Of a stretch of DNA of 27,972 nt, positions 8,901 through 17,600 are shown piece by piece. The position numbers and the translations under genes were made by a program. Below the pieces are notes generated by a model that had not been told where the DNA came from, searched no databases, and worked only from the letters and a program-made list of their open reading frames with translations. Origin of the DNA: a virus. Lineage: Duplodnaviria > Caudoviricetes. How positions within the stretch are numbered: the stretch's first letter is position 1; each line of letters opens with the position of its first letter. The DNA is taken from the IMG/VR virus record IMGVR_UViG_3300005077_000090, positions 1-27,972 of that record; one strand, 5' to 3'.

Positions 8901-10259
8901 AGTTCCTAATTGCTGTCTACGAACTACTTCAAGTGCTGAGTCTAAGTCAGCACCGTTAGCAATCTGCTGTCTCAGTCTACGACCAATTCGAATAGGTTGA
9001 GTAACTGGAGTAGGGCTAACCCTGGTAGCTCCAGGAGGTGGATTGTATCTTACAATGTCACCACCTCTTACTGGAATAGGTGCAGTAGCAGCCTCTTGAG
9101 CTGCCTCTCTCATTGCCCTTCTACCAATAGCACCTAATATCATTCCATCAGTACTTGTAAGAGCATCCAGTAAGAGAATGCCTACAGCACCAGGTAGTCT
9201 CTGCACCGTAGGAGAACGCCATAAAGAGTTAAGACTAAATGTTGTGTCTCTAAAGACATTCAGTAGAGGATTGTTTGTTAGCTGTGGTGCTTCTCTATGT
9301 TCTAACCAGTCTTGATATTCAGCTATCTCTGTATAAAAGTCTGTAGCGTTTTCACCTAATAGACCTAATGGATTATAGTTTCCATTCTCGTCTCTTTGAA
9401 AATTAAATAAAGATTGGTCGTCCCCTCTTAAAGCAGACATAAAGAAGGAATCAAGTTGACCATTGTTAGGTGTAGGGTCAGTGTACTCATATGTATCACT
9501 GAAGCTATCACCCTGTCTAAAACGGTTGATGATAGCTGCATTGAGTCTATTAACATCCAGTAGTGCCCCTCTAGGAATGTTTGTTAAAGCATCCAGTCCA
9601 TAGAACACAGCTCCTAGAGCACCACTTCCATACTCACCAAAGTTAAAGTTATTTAGGATACTAACAGTCGGAGCACCAAACCCTAAACCAGTGAACATCC
9701 CAGTTACAGAGTTAGCTACACCTGTTAGTCTCTGTAGCCAAGATAGTCCTCTCTCTTCAGCTAACTCTCTAGGAGTTTGTCTGTATGTCTGAGGAAAAAT
9801 GGCAGTCTCAATTGGATTATTATCTGGTCTAGGAGCTACACGTCTAAAGGCATTGTTAGTAATCTGACTTGAAGGTGCTCCACTATATAGTTGAGTAGGT
9901 GTAGGAATTTGACCAGGAGCATAGACTACTTCTGGATTAATAGAAGGAAATACAGGAATAGGATTACCTAGAGCCTCTTCAATCTGTTGAGGAAGAACAG
10001 GTCTAGACTGTGGAGACACAATAGGCTGTTGTCCACCGACTTGCTGAACAGCACCAAAGTTAATAGTGCCATCGTCGTTTATAGCAAATTGAGGAACAGT
10101 GCCATCGCTATTACCACTACCAGGAACAGGAGTATTACTTCCATTTTGAAGAGCCTCTACATTTTGTTGATTACTGCTAATCTTAGGAACACTACTGGCA
10201 TCTATGGTAGGTTGTCCAGTAGTCTGGTTCTGTTCATCTTGGCGGTTCAGGAGAGTCAT
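5949..10259 (-). CDS. Very large internal virion/ejection protein (1436 aa)
   Basis: Q/P-rich N-terminus, Gly-rich hydrophobic segments (GVANSVTGMFTGLGFGA, LPGAVGILLLDAL), R/P-rich middle and acidic C-terminal third. Lies in the core-protein block. Confidence 0.7.
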   Translation of the reverse strand: MTLLNRQDEQNQTTGQPTIDASSVPKISSNQQNVEALQNGSNTPVPGSGNSDGTVPQFAINDDGTINFGAVQQVGGQQPIVSPQSRPVLPQQIEEALGNPIPVFPSINPEVVYAPGQIPTPTQLYSGAPSSQITNNAFRRVAPRPDNNPIETAIFPQTYRQTPRELAEERGLSWLQRLTGVANSVTGMFTGLGFGAPTVSILNNFNFGEYGSGALGAVFYGLDALTNIPRGALLDVNRLNAAIINRFRQGDSFSDTYEYTDPTPNNGQLDSFFMSALRGDDQSLFNFQRDENGNYNPLGLLGENATDFYTEIAEYQDWLEHREAPQLTNNPLLNVFRDTTFSLNSLWRSPTVQRLPGAVGILLLDALTSTDGMILGAIGRRAMREAAQEAATAPIPVRGGDIVRYNPPPGATRVSPTPVTQPIRIGRRLRQQIANGADLDSALEVVRRQQLGTDIENTIRGIQANRGTTFNTPEFVFITPPPDAPPQTIRALLPPPSFSDAGRAPILGERGVPVVRTPTERATIINSQINVVPPNLTHSQIDRVIEVLPPALSNEVGLVSRTIGPRPGRIRPIGGRGIPTPESRTGLNIRGVEVPNIVPDVGVSTNPLDGITIRRTSENTVEFDYFTHSIRIGELNKARAYLNGLMDSGLRVVVNLDPNDLPQVIRYRRNLLVQNGFVTTDSNPNRLVWNPQEVAVRAVDDLPEAIVDETSTGIRGIRPRRNPRNVMEDLASRAVNRRRRQFNIVEALADNTGRPRGEYTDRVVQEYSAVVDMSEPRYRPLTDLPVNTLDEQTDFIYRESYPFGRVNRTTERSFIIQFDEANLVDRRTGDYLGMRARQRNALRQVIRTAPDDAIITVEPHIFRNLTRDLLQDGFIIRRIEDGALASIDTYSDDLGRLANDPLAEPLYEVVFSKDRTQLGNIRNVRDLPSGRSVIEGIQRDLIGDAPLPKVDTGESLQELFEQADNITNRQSTRDRVQELLQRARQEIEEPEVPASIVPEESVENLGQQVDETVSESAIPEDSVESLIRQADEIVPPEAPVQTADELLQRSSSAESLLQQSDFNPLELTDNQLQDIFDNPPDVLSDEMYDTVEQARRVGTAGVWRRESPGNYRSNAFDTDEWVLYGNESGHRAPAYSLNITREDNGRWFLSGEDHDHDVMISTLMERTEEYRNGFRTLNEAKQYGDEFGEDFSRMFYDNYPEVERYRQSVQELYRRRIEGVFNQAVEDAPPITLEAEYIDDLLNPDIVNNPDAYREVAMTLSEDIAPTTYQPSPEQLEGIQRFLRYRDEVVSHMSIDSSLRRQIQEIEDIDAEAFYDELMSYDEVPKKPEDYAEFLDEGNAEYEVLLGTYNRMLDEPSSRNVQRYLSQLEYTVRAQADENYETASRYMDLMFTEEAALRELEDEGFQRYLDDLFAESEETRRALEEQLGGSSRKRCI

Positions 10260-10266
10260 TTATGGA

Positions 10267-10362
10267 TTAGCAACAGTGTTATAGAGTGTGCTAAGAACTT
10301 AGAGGGGGTAGGTAGTAGGATCGTTCATGAGCTTTAGCAACAGTATTATAGAGTGTTACTAA
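10267..10362. repeat. Pair B of 28-29 bp imperfect palindromes
   Basis: 10267-10294 TTAGCAACAGTGTTATAGAGTGTGCTAA and 10334-10362 TTAGCAACAGTATTATAGAGTGTTACTAA, with 39 nt between them. Confidence 0.85.
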
Positions 10363-13049
10363 GACTGGGCTTCATGGCGTTGGAATGTTGCAGCAGTCAT
10401 CTGAGAACATATAGGACATCCAGCAGTTAGCCTTGTATGTACTGGAGCAACTCTTCCTGGAGACTGATATCTTCTTCCAGCGTGTCTACCTAGCTCTTGG
10501 GTATACCAGTCAAAGTTAGTATTCCCATCTCCAATTCTCCCTAGTGCCGGGGTATACCCTTCTCTGTGATATCTTTCCTGAACTCTGGGTGATGCCCACA
10601 CTGCAAGTAAGACATCCCAGACATCATCAAAAGACCCACCAGAAAAGCGGAGTCTTTCTTCAAGGTATGCACCAACTAATTCTAATTGACTAACTCTATC
10701 CATACTGGCTATCTGACTCATAGTGTAAGTACGACCACCAATAGTCTTACGTCCACTTTCGTCAAAGAACTGAATTAATCCGGTAGCTCCTATGCCGTTA
10801 CGGATAGAAGGGTCGAAGGTTCCACCAGTTTCAAAAGCAATGATGTCTGCTAACCATTGAGCCGGAATGCCTACTCTAGATGCAGTTCTATGTAAGGCTA
10901 TTCTGAATGGTCTATCAGTAGCTAATGCCTGATATCCGAAATTACCAGCGCCATCATTACCAAGTCCACCAGAAGAAGTGAGATAATCGCTACGAGTAGA
11001 GGGAGCATAGTAGTTTGTAAGTGATGTTTCATTTTGTATTACCGGAGTAGGATTTCGGCCTATGTTTCTTCCTACTAATTGTGCAGTATACTCATAAGGA
11101 TTAATGGAGTCTTCGTATCCGTATCCTGTAGTACCTGCTCTATAGATACCCCAATGTAAATGTGCTTGACCATTGCCTGAGTTACCAGACAAACCTATCT
11201 GCTGTCCTGGTAGGACTTCTTGGCCTACTACGACCTGGGTATCGTTCAAGTCAGCAAAGAGATGACGAGTTCCATCAGCAGCTTGAATAACAATGTAGTG
11301 TCCGAATCCTCCTGCGTTGTATTGAGTAGCAATGACTCTACCTTGTATGTAAGACACAATAGGAGTACCTACGGGAACAGAAAAGTCTACTCCAGCGTGG
11401 CTTCTACCTGGTCTAGGTGCTCCATAAGCTTGACCTCCACCAGTATGTGGGTCAGAGAATTGTGCTAACTGGCCAGAGAAGAAAGGAACGACAGCCTCAG
11501 TTGAACCAAACGTGAAAGTGTCCAACTGAGGCATATTAAAATTTGGCGTTGCACTGACTATATCAGCCCTCTGTGATGCTTCCCATTCAGCTAACTCATT
11601 AGTCAATGTAACATAATCTTCAGCAGCTTGTTCAGCCCTTGCTCGTAGTTGCTCAGGTGAACTAACACCCCACTGTCTAAGGATGTTTTCAACCTCAGCT
11701 ATCTGGTTTAGTTCAGCCTGTTCAAGGGTGTTGAGGATACCAGACTGCTGTTCTAGACTTGCTAGAATCTCATTAGTAGCATTAGCGATTTCTTCAGGAC
11801 TGGCATTACCTGATTGAAGCCTTCCGAGGATAGCATCTACTTCAGCGTTAATACCCTGAAGCATTTCTCCCTGTCCTCCAGGGTCAGGATTACCTTCGTA
11901 GTATTCAAGAATACCAGAGTTGACCTGGCGCATAAAGACAATACTACGGATTAATTCTGTAGTGTCTGTAGAGCCTTGCTGTAAATATTGAAGTCTAAGA
12001 CGTTGAGCTTCTTCTTGAATCTGTGCTCTACGTTGAGCATAAGAAGCTCTAATCTGTGGACTACCAGAATTTTGCCAATTAGTATATTCCCTTAAGGCAG
12101 TAGCCAAAGAGATAGCTTGAATGATAAACGGGTTCTCTTCGTAACCTGGAGTATTTTGATAGACATCAATAAGAGTAGGGTCTTGAAACATGGCTAATGC
12201 CATGGTCATTACCTGCCCTCTTTCAAATCCTCTCAGTCTCCGAGCATCAATCACTCCAGCTTCTACTGCTTCTCTGCCTCGGTTATTTAAGTCAATGCCT
12301 CGTTGAATCTGGTCTTGATTGTAGTAAGGGTCAGACCATGGTGTGTCTCCAGTAATCTGATATTTAGCTCTTAGCTGTCCATCAATTACAGAAGCACCTC
12401 TGTAGTCATTCTGATTAAGTAGAGGAACTACTTGAGTCTGATAGTCTTGGTAGTAGGCTTGAAGGTTTCTTAAGCTCTGGTCGATTGCAGCAATGTTTGA
12501 ATTAGACTCGTCAGTAGCATCAGCTAATGAAGCAATGAGTCTATCCAGTACCTGCATTTGCATGAATGGAGGTAGACCACTCTGGTTTAGCTGTGTCTGT
12601 ACGTCAGTGATGTACTGATTAACAGCAGTCTGTTGTTCAGCAGGGTCAGTAAGATTTCTAATACGGTAGAGTTGAGAACCTAGAGCAATAGTAAGCTGAG
12701 ATGTAATCTGGTTAGTATGTGTATCGTAGAGTTCATCAAAGGTTCCATTCAATGCTCTAGCTTCTTCAGACATTAGCTCTCTGTATGGAGCATAAAGGTC
12801 AGCAGCTATAGACATTGTGTCTTCAGGAGACAAATACTGTCTAGAGTTCTGAATGAACTGTCTAATAAGTCTGTTGTATCCAGCTTGACCTACGGACGGG
12901 TCACGGATGAGAGTCTCTGCTTGTGCTCTGATTTCTTCAGCTTCCAGAGTAGCATCCAGCATATTCTGCTGTCTCTGTGCTTCGTCGTTAGCTGCTCTCT
13001 GTTCTTGAATGTTACTCCAGATATCGTAGGCTTGTGAGACAAAACCCAT
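10359..13049 (-). CDS. Internal virion protein with M23 peptidase and lytic transglycosylase domains (896 aa; probably the 3' part of a 988-codon gene starting at 13325)
   Basis: M23 motifs HAGVD (HxxxD) and IGLSGNSG...HLHW (HxH). Lysozyme/SLT-like WLADIIAFETGG...ATGLIQF. Long helical N-terminal region. Confidence 0.85.
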   Translation of the reverse strand: MGFVSQAYDIWSNIQEQRAANDEAQRQQNMLDATLEAEEIRAQAETLIRDPSVGQAGYNRLIRQFIQNSRQYLSPEDTMSIAADLYAPYRELMSEEARALNGTFDELYDTHTNQITSQLTIALGSQLYRIRNLTDPAEQQTAVNQYITDVQTQLNQSGLPPFMQMQVLDRLIASLADATDESNSNIAAIDQSLRNLQAYYQDYQTQVVPLLNQNDYRGASVIDGQLRAKYQITGDTPWSDPYYNQDQIQRGIDLNNRGREAVEAGVIDARRLRGFERGQVMTMALAMFQDPTLIDVYQNTPGYEENPFIIQAISLATALREYTNWQNSGSPQIRASYAQRRAQIQEEAQRLRLQYLQQGSTDTTELIRSIVFMRQVNSGILEYYEGNPDPGGQGEMLQGINAEVDAILGRLQSGNASPEEIANATNEILASLEQQSGILNTLEQAELNQIAEVENILRQWGVSSPEQLRARAEQAAEDYVTLTNELAEWEASQRADIVSATPNFNMPQLDTFTFGSTEAVVPFFSGQLAQFSDPHTGGGQAYGAPRPGRSHAGVDFSVPVGTPIVSYIQGRVIATQYNAGGFGHYIVIQAADGTRHLFADLNDTQVVVGQEVLPGQQIGLSGNSGNGQAHLHWGIYRAGTTGYGYEDSINPYEYTAQLVGRNIGRNPTPVIQNETSLTNYYAPSTRSDYLTSSGGLGNDGAGNFGYQALATDRPFRIALHRTASRVGIPAQWLADIIAFETGGTFDPSIRNGIGATGLIQFFDESGRKTIGGRTYTMSQIASMDRVSQLELVGAYLEERLRFSGGSFDDVWDVLLAVWASPRVQERYHREGYTPALGRIGDGNTNFDWYTQELGRHAGRRYQSPGRVAPVHTRLTAGCPICSQMTAATFQRHEAQS

Positions 13050-13112
13050 GATATCATCGGCTGTAGAGTTACCAGAGCTTTGTTGTCTTAGAGCTTCAGA
13101 TACTCTACTGGC

Positions 13113-13325
13113 TTAATAGCTACCACTAAGATTATCAGCTAACTGGTCTACGATTTGAGAGTTAGCCTGGTCACCTAGAATAACTGTATCAACTGAAGTA
13201 TTGAATTTGTCTAATGCAAGTTGCTGTACAGCATCGCCTACTGGAGGTGCTTCGGGTGGTTGAGGTAAGGGAATGTCAGGTCTACTGGTTGGGACAATAG
13301 CACGGATTCTAGGGCTGTAGGTCAT
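13113..13325 (-). CDS. 70-aa ORF, in frame with the M23/SLT gene and separated from it by one TAA
   Basis: ATGA-coupled to the upstream gene. 13325-13049=276 nt, so same frame, with 21 sense codons between the TAA and ATG 13049. Confidence 0.6.
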   Translation of the reverse strand: MTYSPRIRAIVPTSRPDIPLPQPPEAPPVGDAVQQLALDKFNTSVDTVILGDQANSQIVDQLADNLSGSY

Positions 13326-14620
13326 CGCACTGCTCCAAAGTTTTTAGGTGACACAACAGGAATATTAATAGGTGCTGTAGTAGTCGCGCCTATTTGACCA
13401 CCGTACATACCAGTAGTTACTGCTTGAGGTTGGTATGCGTTAGTGTAGGGAGACTGATACAGACTACTAAAGCCTTTAGGAGATTGATATAGACTACTAA
13501 AGCCTTTAGATGATGTTGACTGCTGTAGCGAATAGAAGTCTTTATTACTGGTAGGTTGCATACCGTAGAGAGACTGGTATGGAGACACAGAAGAACCACC
13601 ACCTAAGCCTTGAAGAAGTGGTGTCAACGCTTGACCGTAAGCTGCAATTTGAGACAAAAAGCTTGGGCCAGATTGTCTAGATGCAGCAGCTTGAGCGGAT
13701 GCAGCAGCAGCTTGAGCAGCGTTTAAGCCTTGTCCAGTAATCAGACTACCAAGAGCAAACTTAGTATTCATGTTAGTCTGATTAATGCCTACCTTTTGTC
13801 CTAATCCTACCTGTCTAATAGCAGTGCCTATCTGATCTCTACCTGCTCTGTACTGCTGTCTAGCCATCTTATTCTGTAGGTCAAGAGACTGTCTGCTTTG
13901 TCTACCAGATAAGCCAAATCTAGCAGATTGGTTCTCTATCTGCATGTTGACTGTATCTTGGTAAATCTTAGCAAACTCAGTAGAGTCAGCAATAGCTTGT
14001 GCAGCTTCAGCACTAAGTCCTCTTTGCTGTTGTAAAGCCTGAGCTACCTGGAATCGTTGATTAGGAGTAAGTCTACCGAGACTACCAGATGTTTTACCTT
14101 GACTACCAGCATAAGCTTTCATCTGTGCTGCTGAGACACTCAGTTGATTCTGTAGGTCACGAATCTGAGTAGCTGGATCTTCTAGCTGAGATACAGCTTG
14201 AGTAGCCTGAACAATAGCAGCGGTTTCAGCTTCTTTAGTGGAAGTTGCTACATCTCTTTGAGCGGCCGTTAAAGCTTGCTGTTGCTGAGACAACTCATAC
14301 GCTATAGCATTGGCTTGAAGGTTATTCTGTGCTAAGGTATTCTGAAGACTATAGAATAAAGATCTTCTGGTGTTCTGTAGCTGTATTCTTTCTGCTTCTG
14401 TATTAGTTCTGATAGCTTGCTTTTGAATAGCAGCTTGGTCTAGAATAATGTTTTTCTGTATTCTAGCCTGGTACTGTCTGATTCTTTCGTAGTCTTTGTT
14501 AGCTGATACTTGTGCATCATAGATAGCGTTCTGCTGAGAAGCAGCACGATTTTGTGCCTGGATACCAGCATATGTCCCCGCTACGGAGACGGCTGCCATA
14601 ATAATAGGTACGGCTCCCAT
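13322..14620 (-). CDS. Internal virion protein, positional equivalent of T7 gp14 (432 aa)
   Basis: Hydrophobic N-terminus MGAVPIIMAAVSVAGTYAG then Q/A-rich coiled coil. Directly follows the nozzle gene, with GGAGGGGAG upstream. Confidence 0.75.
   Translation of the reverse strand: MGAVPIIMAAVSVAGTYAGIQAQNRAASQQNAIYDAQVSANKDYERIRQYQARIQKNIILDQAAIQKQAIRTNTEAERIQLQNTRRSLFYSLQNTLAQNNLQANAIAYELSQQQQALTAAQRDVATSTKEAETAAIVQATQAVSQLEDPATQIRDLQNQLSVSAAQMKAYAGSQGKTSGSLGRLTPNQRFQVAQALQQQRGLSAEAAQAIADSTEFAKIYQDTVNMQIENQSARFGLSGRQSRQSLDLQNKMARQQYRAGRDQIGTAIRQVGLGQKVGINQTNMNTKFALGSLITGQGLNAAQAAAASAQAAASRQSGPSFLSQIAAYGQALTPLLQGLGGGSSVSPYQSLYGMQPTSNKDFYSLQQSTSSKGFSSLYQSPKGFSSLYQSPYTNAYQPQAVTTGMYGGQIGATTTAPINIPVVSPKNFGAVR
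13451..13510. repeat. 30-bp tandem duplication in CDS (KGFSSLYQSP x2)
   Basis: 13451-13480 and 13481-13510 match at 27/30 nt. Confidence 0.9.
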
Positions 14621-17600
14621 TTACTCCCCTCCCGAAATGTACCCAAGACCTGACATAATTTTAGCTAGAACTTGGTAAGCTGCAAGATTCCACGTGTACA
14701 CATTCGTGCTAGTTAAGTATAGTCTGTAAGCATAGCCTAATCTTTGTAGTCTTAGGTGTAACATTGTCCACTCGTCAGTAGAGCCTTCCTCATTTCGAGA
14801 AAGTATATCATACTCAACAGCAGCATTTCTATCTATGTTTCTGATAAGTGCTGCTGTAACTACTGTAGGATATTTCTGAGCCGTAGTCAGACTGGGTGTA
14901 TAACTTCCTAGAGCATGGTAATCTTCTTCAGTATGTGATGGTTTGTAGTTGGTAAACCACAGCATCACTTGCTCTGTTCTCTTGTAGGCTCCTAAGAGTT
15001 CTCTAGCCATAGTAGTAGACATATACTCTGTTGGGTAACAGATACCGACAGTAGCAGAGGATTCTTCAGGAGTGACAATACAGCTAGACTCACTAAAGTC
15101 TATAGTGATTAAATCTTTAGTGGGACTGGATGCTGTTGTGAGAGACAAACAAGTAGAGCTTAAGTCATATGTGTAGGTCTCAGAGCTATTACTAAAGTCT
15201 AAAGTTCCAAATAAGTTTGTAGGAGCATAGATAGGCACATTGTCGATATGCATACCATACCCATACCACGTTCCAGTAGGATTAGGAATTAAGTAAAAGT
15301 AGCTACCTGTTGCTGGAGAAAAGTTGACTACTTCAAACTGGTTGTTAGGAAGCTTCTTCCAGTTGGCAGTACCAAGTAAGGTAGCAGTTGCTCTAGATGT
15401 GCCATACCAGATTACAAAGTCATCGTCATCTAACAGACTGGTAAACAAGTTAAACTTGTAGATTGTCTGACCAGTGTACGCTGACAAGGTTTCATAATAT
15501 ACATCTGTCAATGTAACTTCTTCAGTAACTCCAGTACTCCATGTAACTTGTTCAACAAAGTCCATGAAGTAGTCAGAGTACCATCTCAGAAGTCCTCTCC
15601 AGAGACTATTATAGACTCCAGAAACTACCGTCCATCCTCTGGTGTAGTCATACATATCAGCCAGAGTTTTGTGATTAAATCCCTGATATGTATAGTACTC
15701 TGTCCAGGACTGAGTAGGCACGTCGTAGACAAATGTTTTGTCACCAGCTAGGAATAGCTTGTCTCTGTGACGGTGATAGTGCAGTGATGAAAAGTTATAT
15801 TCTCCAAATACTTTTCTGATTGGTAGGGATACTTCTTCACTACGATACTCACCTTGAAACACTACAGGAATATTGTATACTCCCAGTGTTCCTATGTAAT
15901 ATATGTTTGTTCCTGTTAAAGCTGTACCATGTTTAGACACAGCACCTTGACCAGATACTACAACGAAGTACCTGTTAGTAGGAGACAAAGGAGATTCAAT
16001 ACTAATTGAACGATAGACTTCGCTTCTGGTAAAGATGAACAACATCTGTTGCCAAGATAGCAAAGAAACAACCTCATCAGATGAGGACAACACAAAGTCA
16101 AAAGGTTCATACTCCAGACCTTCTAAACCATCGTTGATTTGAAAGTAGTTATAGTACTCGTTTTCTATGTAGTGATTAGCTACACCAGAACACAGAACAG
16201 TATTAGGTCTATGCTTAAACCCAGCAAGGATTAAACGCTGTTGGTGTAAGACACCCACAGAGTTAAAGTCTCCATTTAAGTAATCAGCGTAGTGACCGTA
16301 CCCATATACAGGATAGTAACCACCCTCATGAGTAGAAGCAGTCGTTGGATTAAACTTACTGGACTTTCCAGAAGTGCCTACCCATGTAGGTACACTATTA
16401 ACAAGTCTCATTAAATTATCAGCATTGACTGGATGAATCAGACGTACATAGTTTGCTTTTGTTGTAGTACTGGTTATTATGGATGTGTAGTTGTCTGGTT
16501 CATTATGTAAAACATATCCCGTGTATACAGTTGATGGACTGACATTCTGTGAAATCTGAATACTACTACTAATGAAAAAATCTAAGTCCGTTCCTGTAAT
16601 TCCTGTATCATTATTGAAGGTAAGTCGTCTAGCACGGTTATAAGTTACTGTGTTAAATAGAATCTTTTTAATAGTGATGTTTCTAATTGTGTATACATGA
16701 CAATCAGTAGCAGAAGTAATGTCAACAATGTACCGTAATCCAGCATCATAGCACAGGTTAATATAACCACTTGCATTATTCTTGGCATAATACTCTTTAC
16801 CGAAAGTAACTCCACCAGGAATTGCTGTACCGTTTCCAGTTACTTTAACCTTACATCCATTAGCGTACTTAGTGTAGTCAGTAACAGTTATTCGGTCATT
16901 AGTAGTGTTGATGCTACCAGAAGCAATGTTTTCAGCAGTATTAGAGTGAGTGATACCAGATGGTATAGTGAATGCAGTAGATGTGTATAGCTCAATAGTA
17001 TCCTCATCAATCACTTTAACGTAGTGATTAGTAGAAGCTACAGTTAGGTCAGCGTTTGTCTGAATTAGCTCTACATAATCTTCATCTCTAAACTGGTGTC
17101 CTGGAATAGTAACTCTAGCACTGGAGAAATCAGATATCTCAAGTGTAGTGTACTCTACATAATTAGACTCTGCTCCAAAGCAGACATAATCAAATGTAGA
17201 GTAGTCACTTGTTATTAAATCAAATGGTGACTCCGATACAGGGTACAGTCCATTAGACCACTTGTACTCATCTGCTACTTCAGGAATCGCAGTAGTTCTG
17301 CGAGTGTATTGATTTGAGTTTAGTTCATTATTCCATAGGTAGTAAAGTATAGTTCCGTAATAGGGTCTGTCTACTGGGTCTACTAAGATATCTGGTGGTG
17401 TAGCTACCAGTTTGTCAGCTTCACTTGCACCAAATCTAGGAACAGTGTAGACAAAGTTTGCAGCATACCATGCCTCAGCTTCAGCCCACCATTGCCAAGT
17501 AGGAAGAATGAATACAAGTCTATCCTCTACACTGAATCCACCTACACGAGTGACAGAGCAAGTAGAAGCTCCGTAAGTAACAGTGATACTTGAGTCATAT

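Noticed and set aside
877-10362. Calling the repeat pairs CRISPR mini-arrays
   Set aside because: Unit sizes fit, but the copies differ at several positions, lack a GTT...GAAAC/ATTGAAA-type end, have no cas gene nearby, and one inner segment contains a motif that flanks the other locus. Kept as unclassified repeats.
13113-13115. Alternative genetic code
   Set aside because: TAA, TAG and TGA all act as stops at well-coupled junctions elsewhere in the window.
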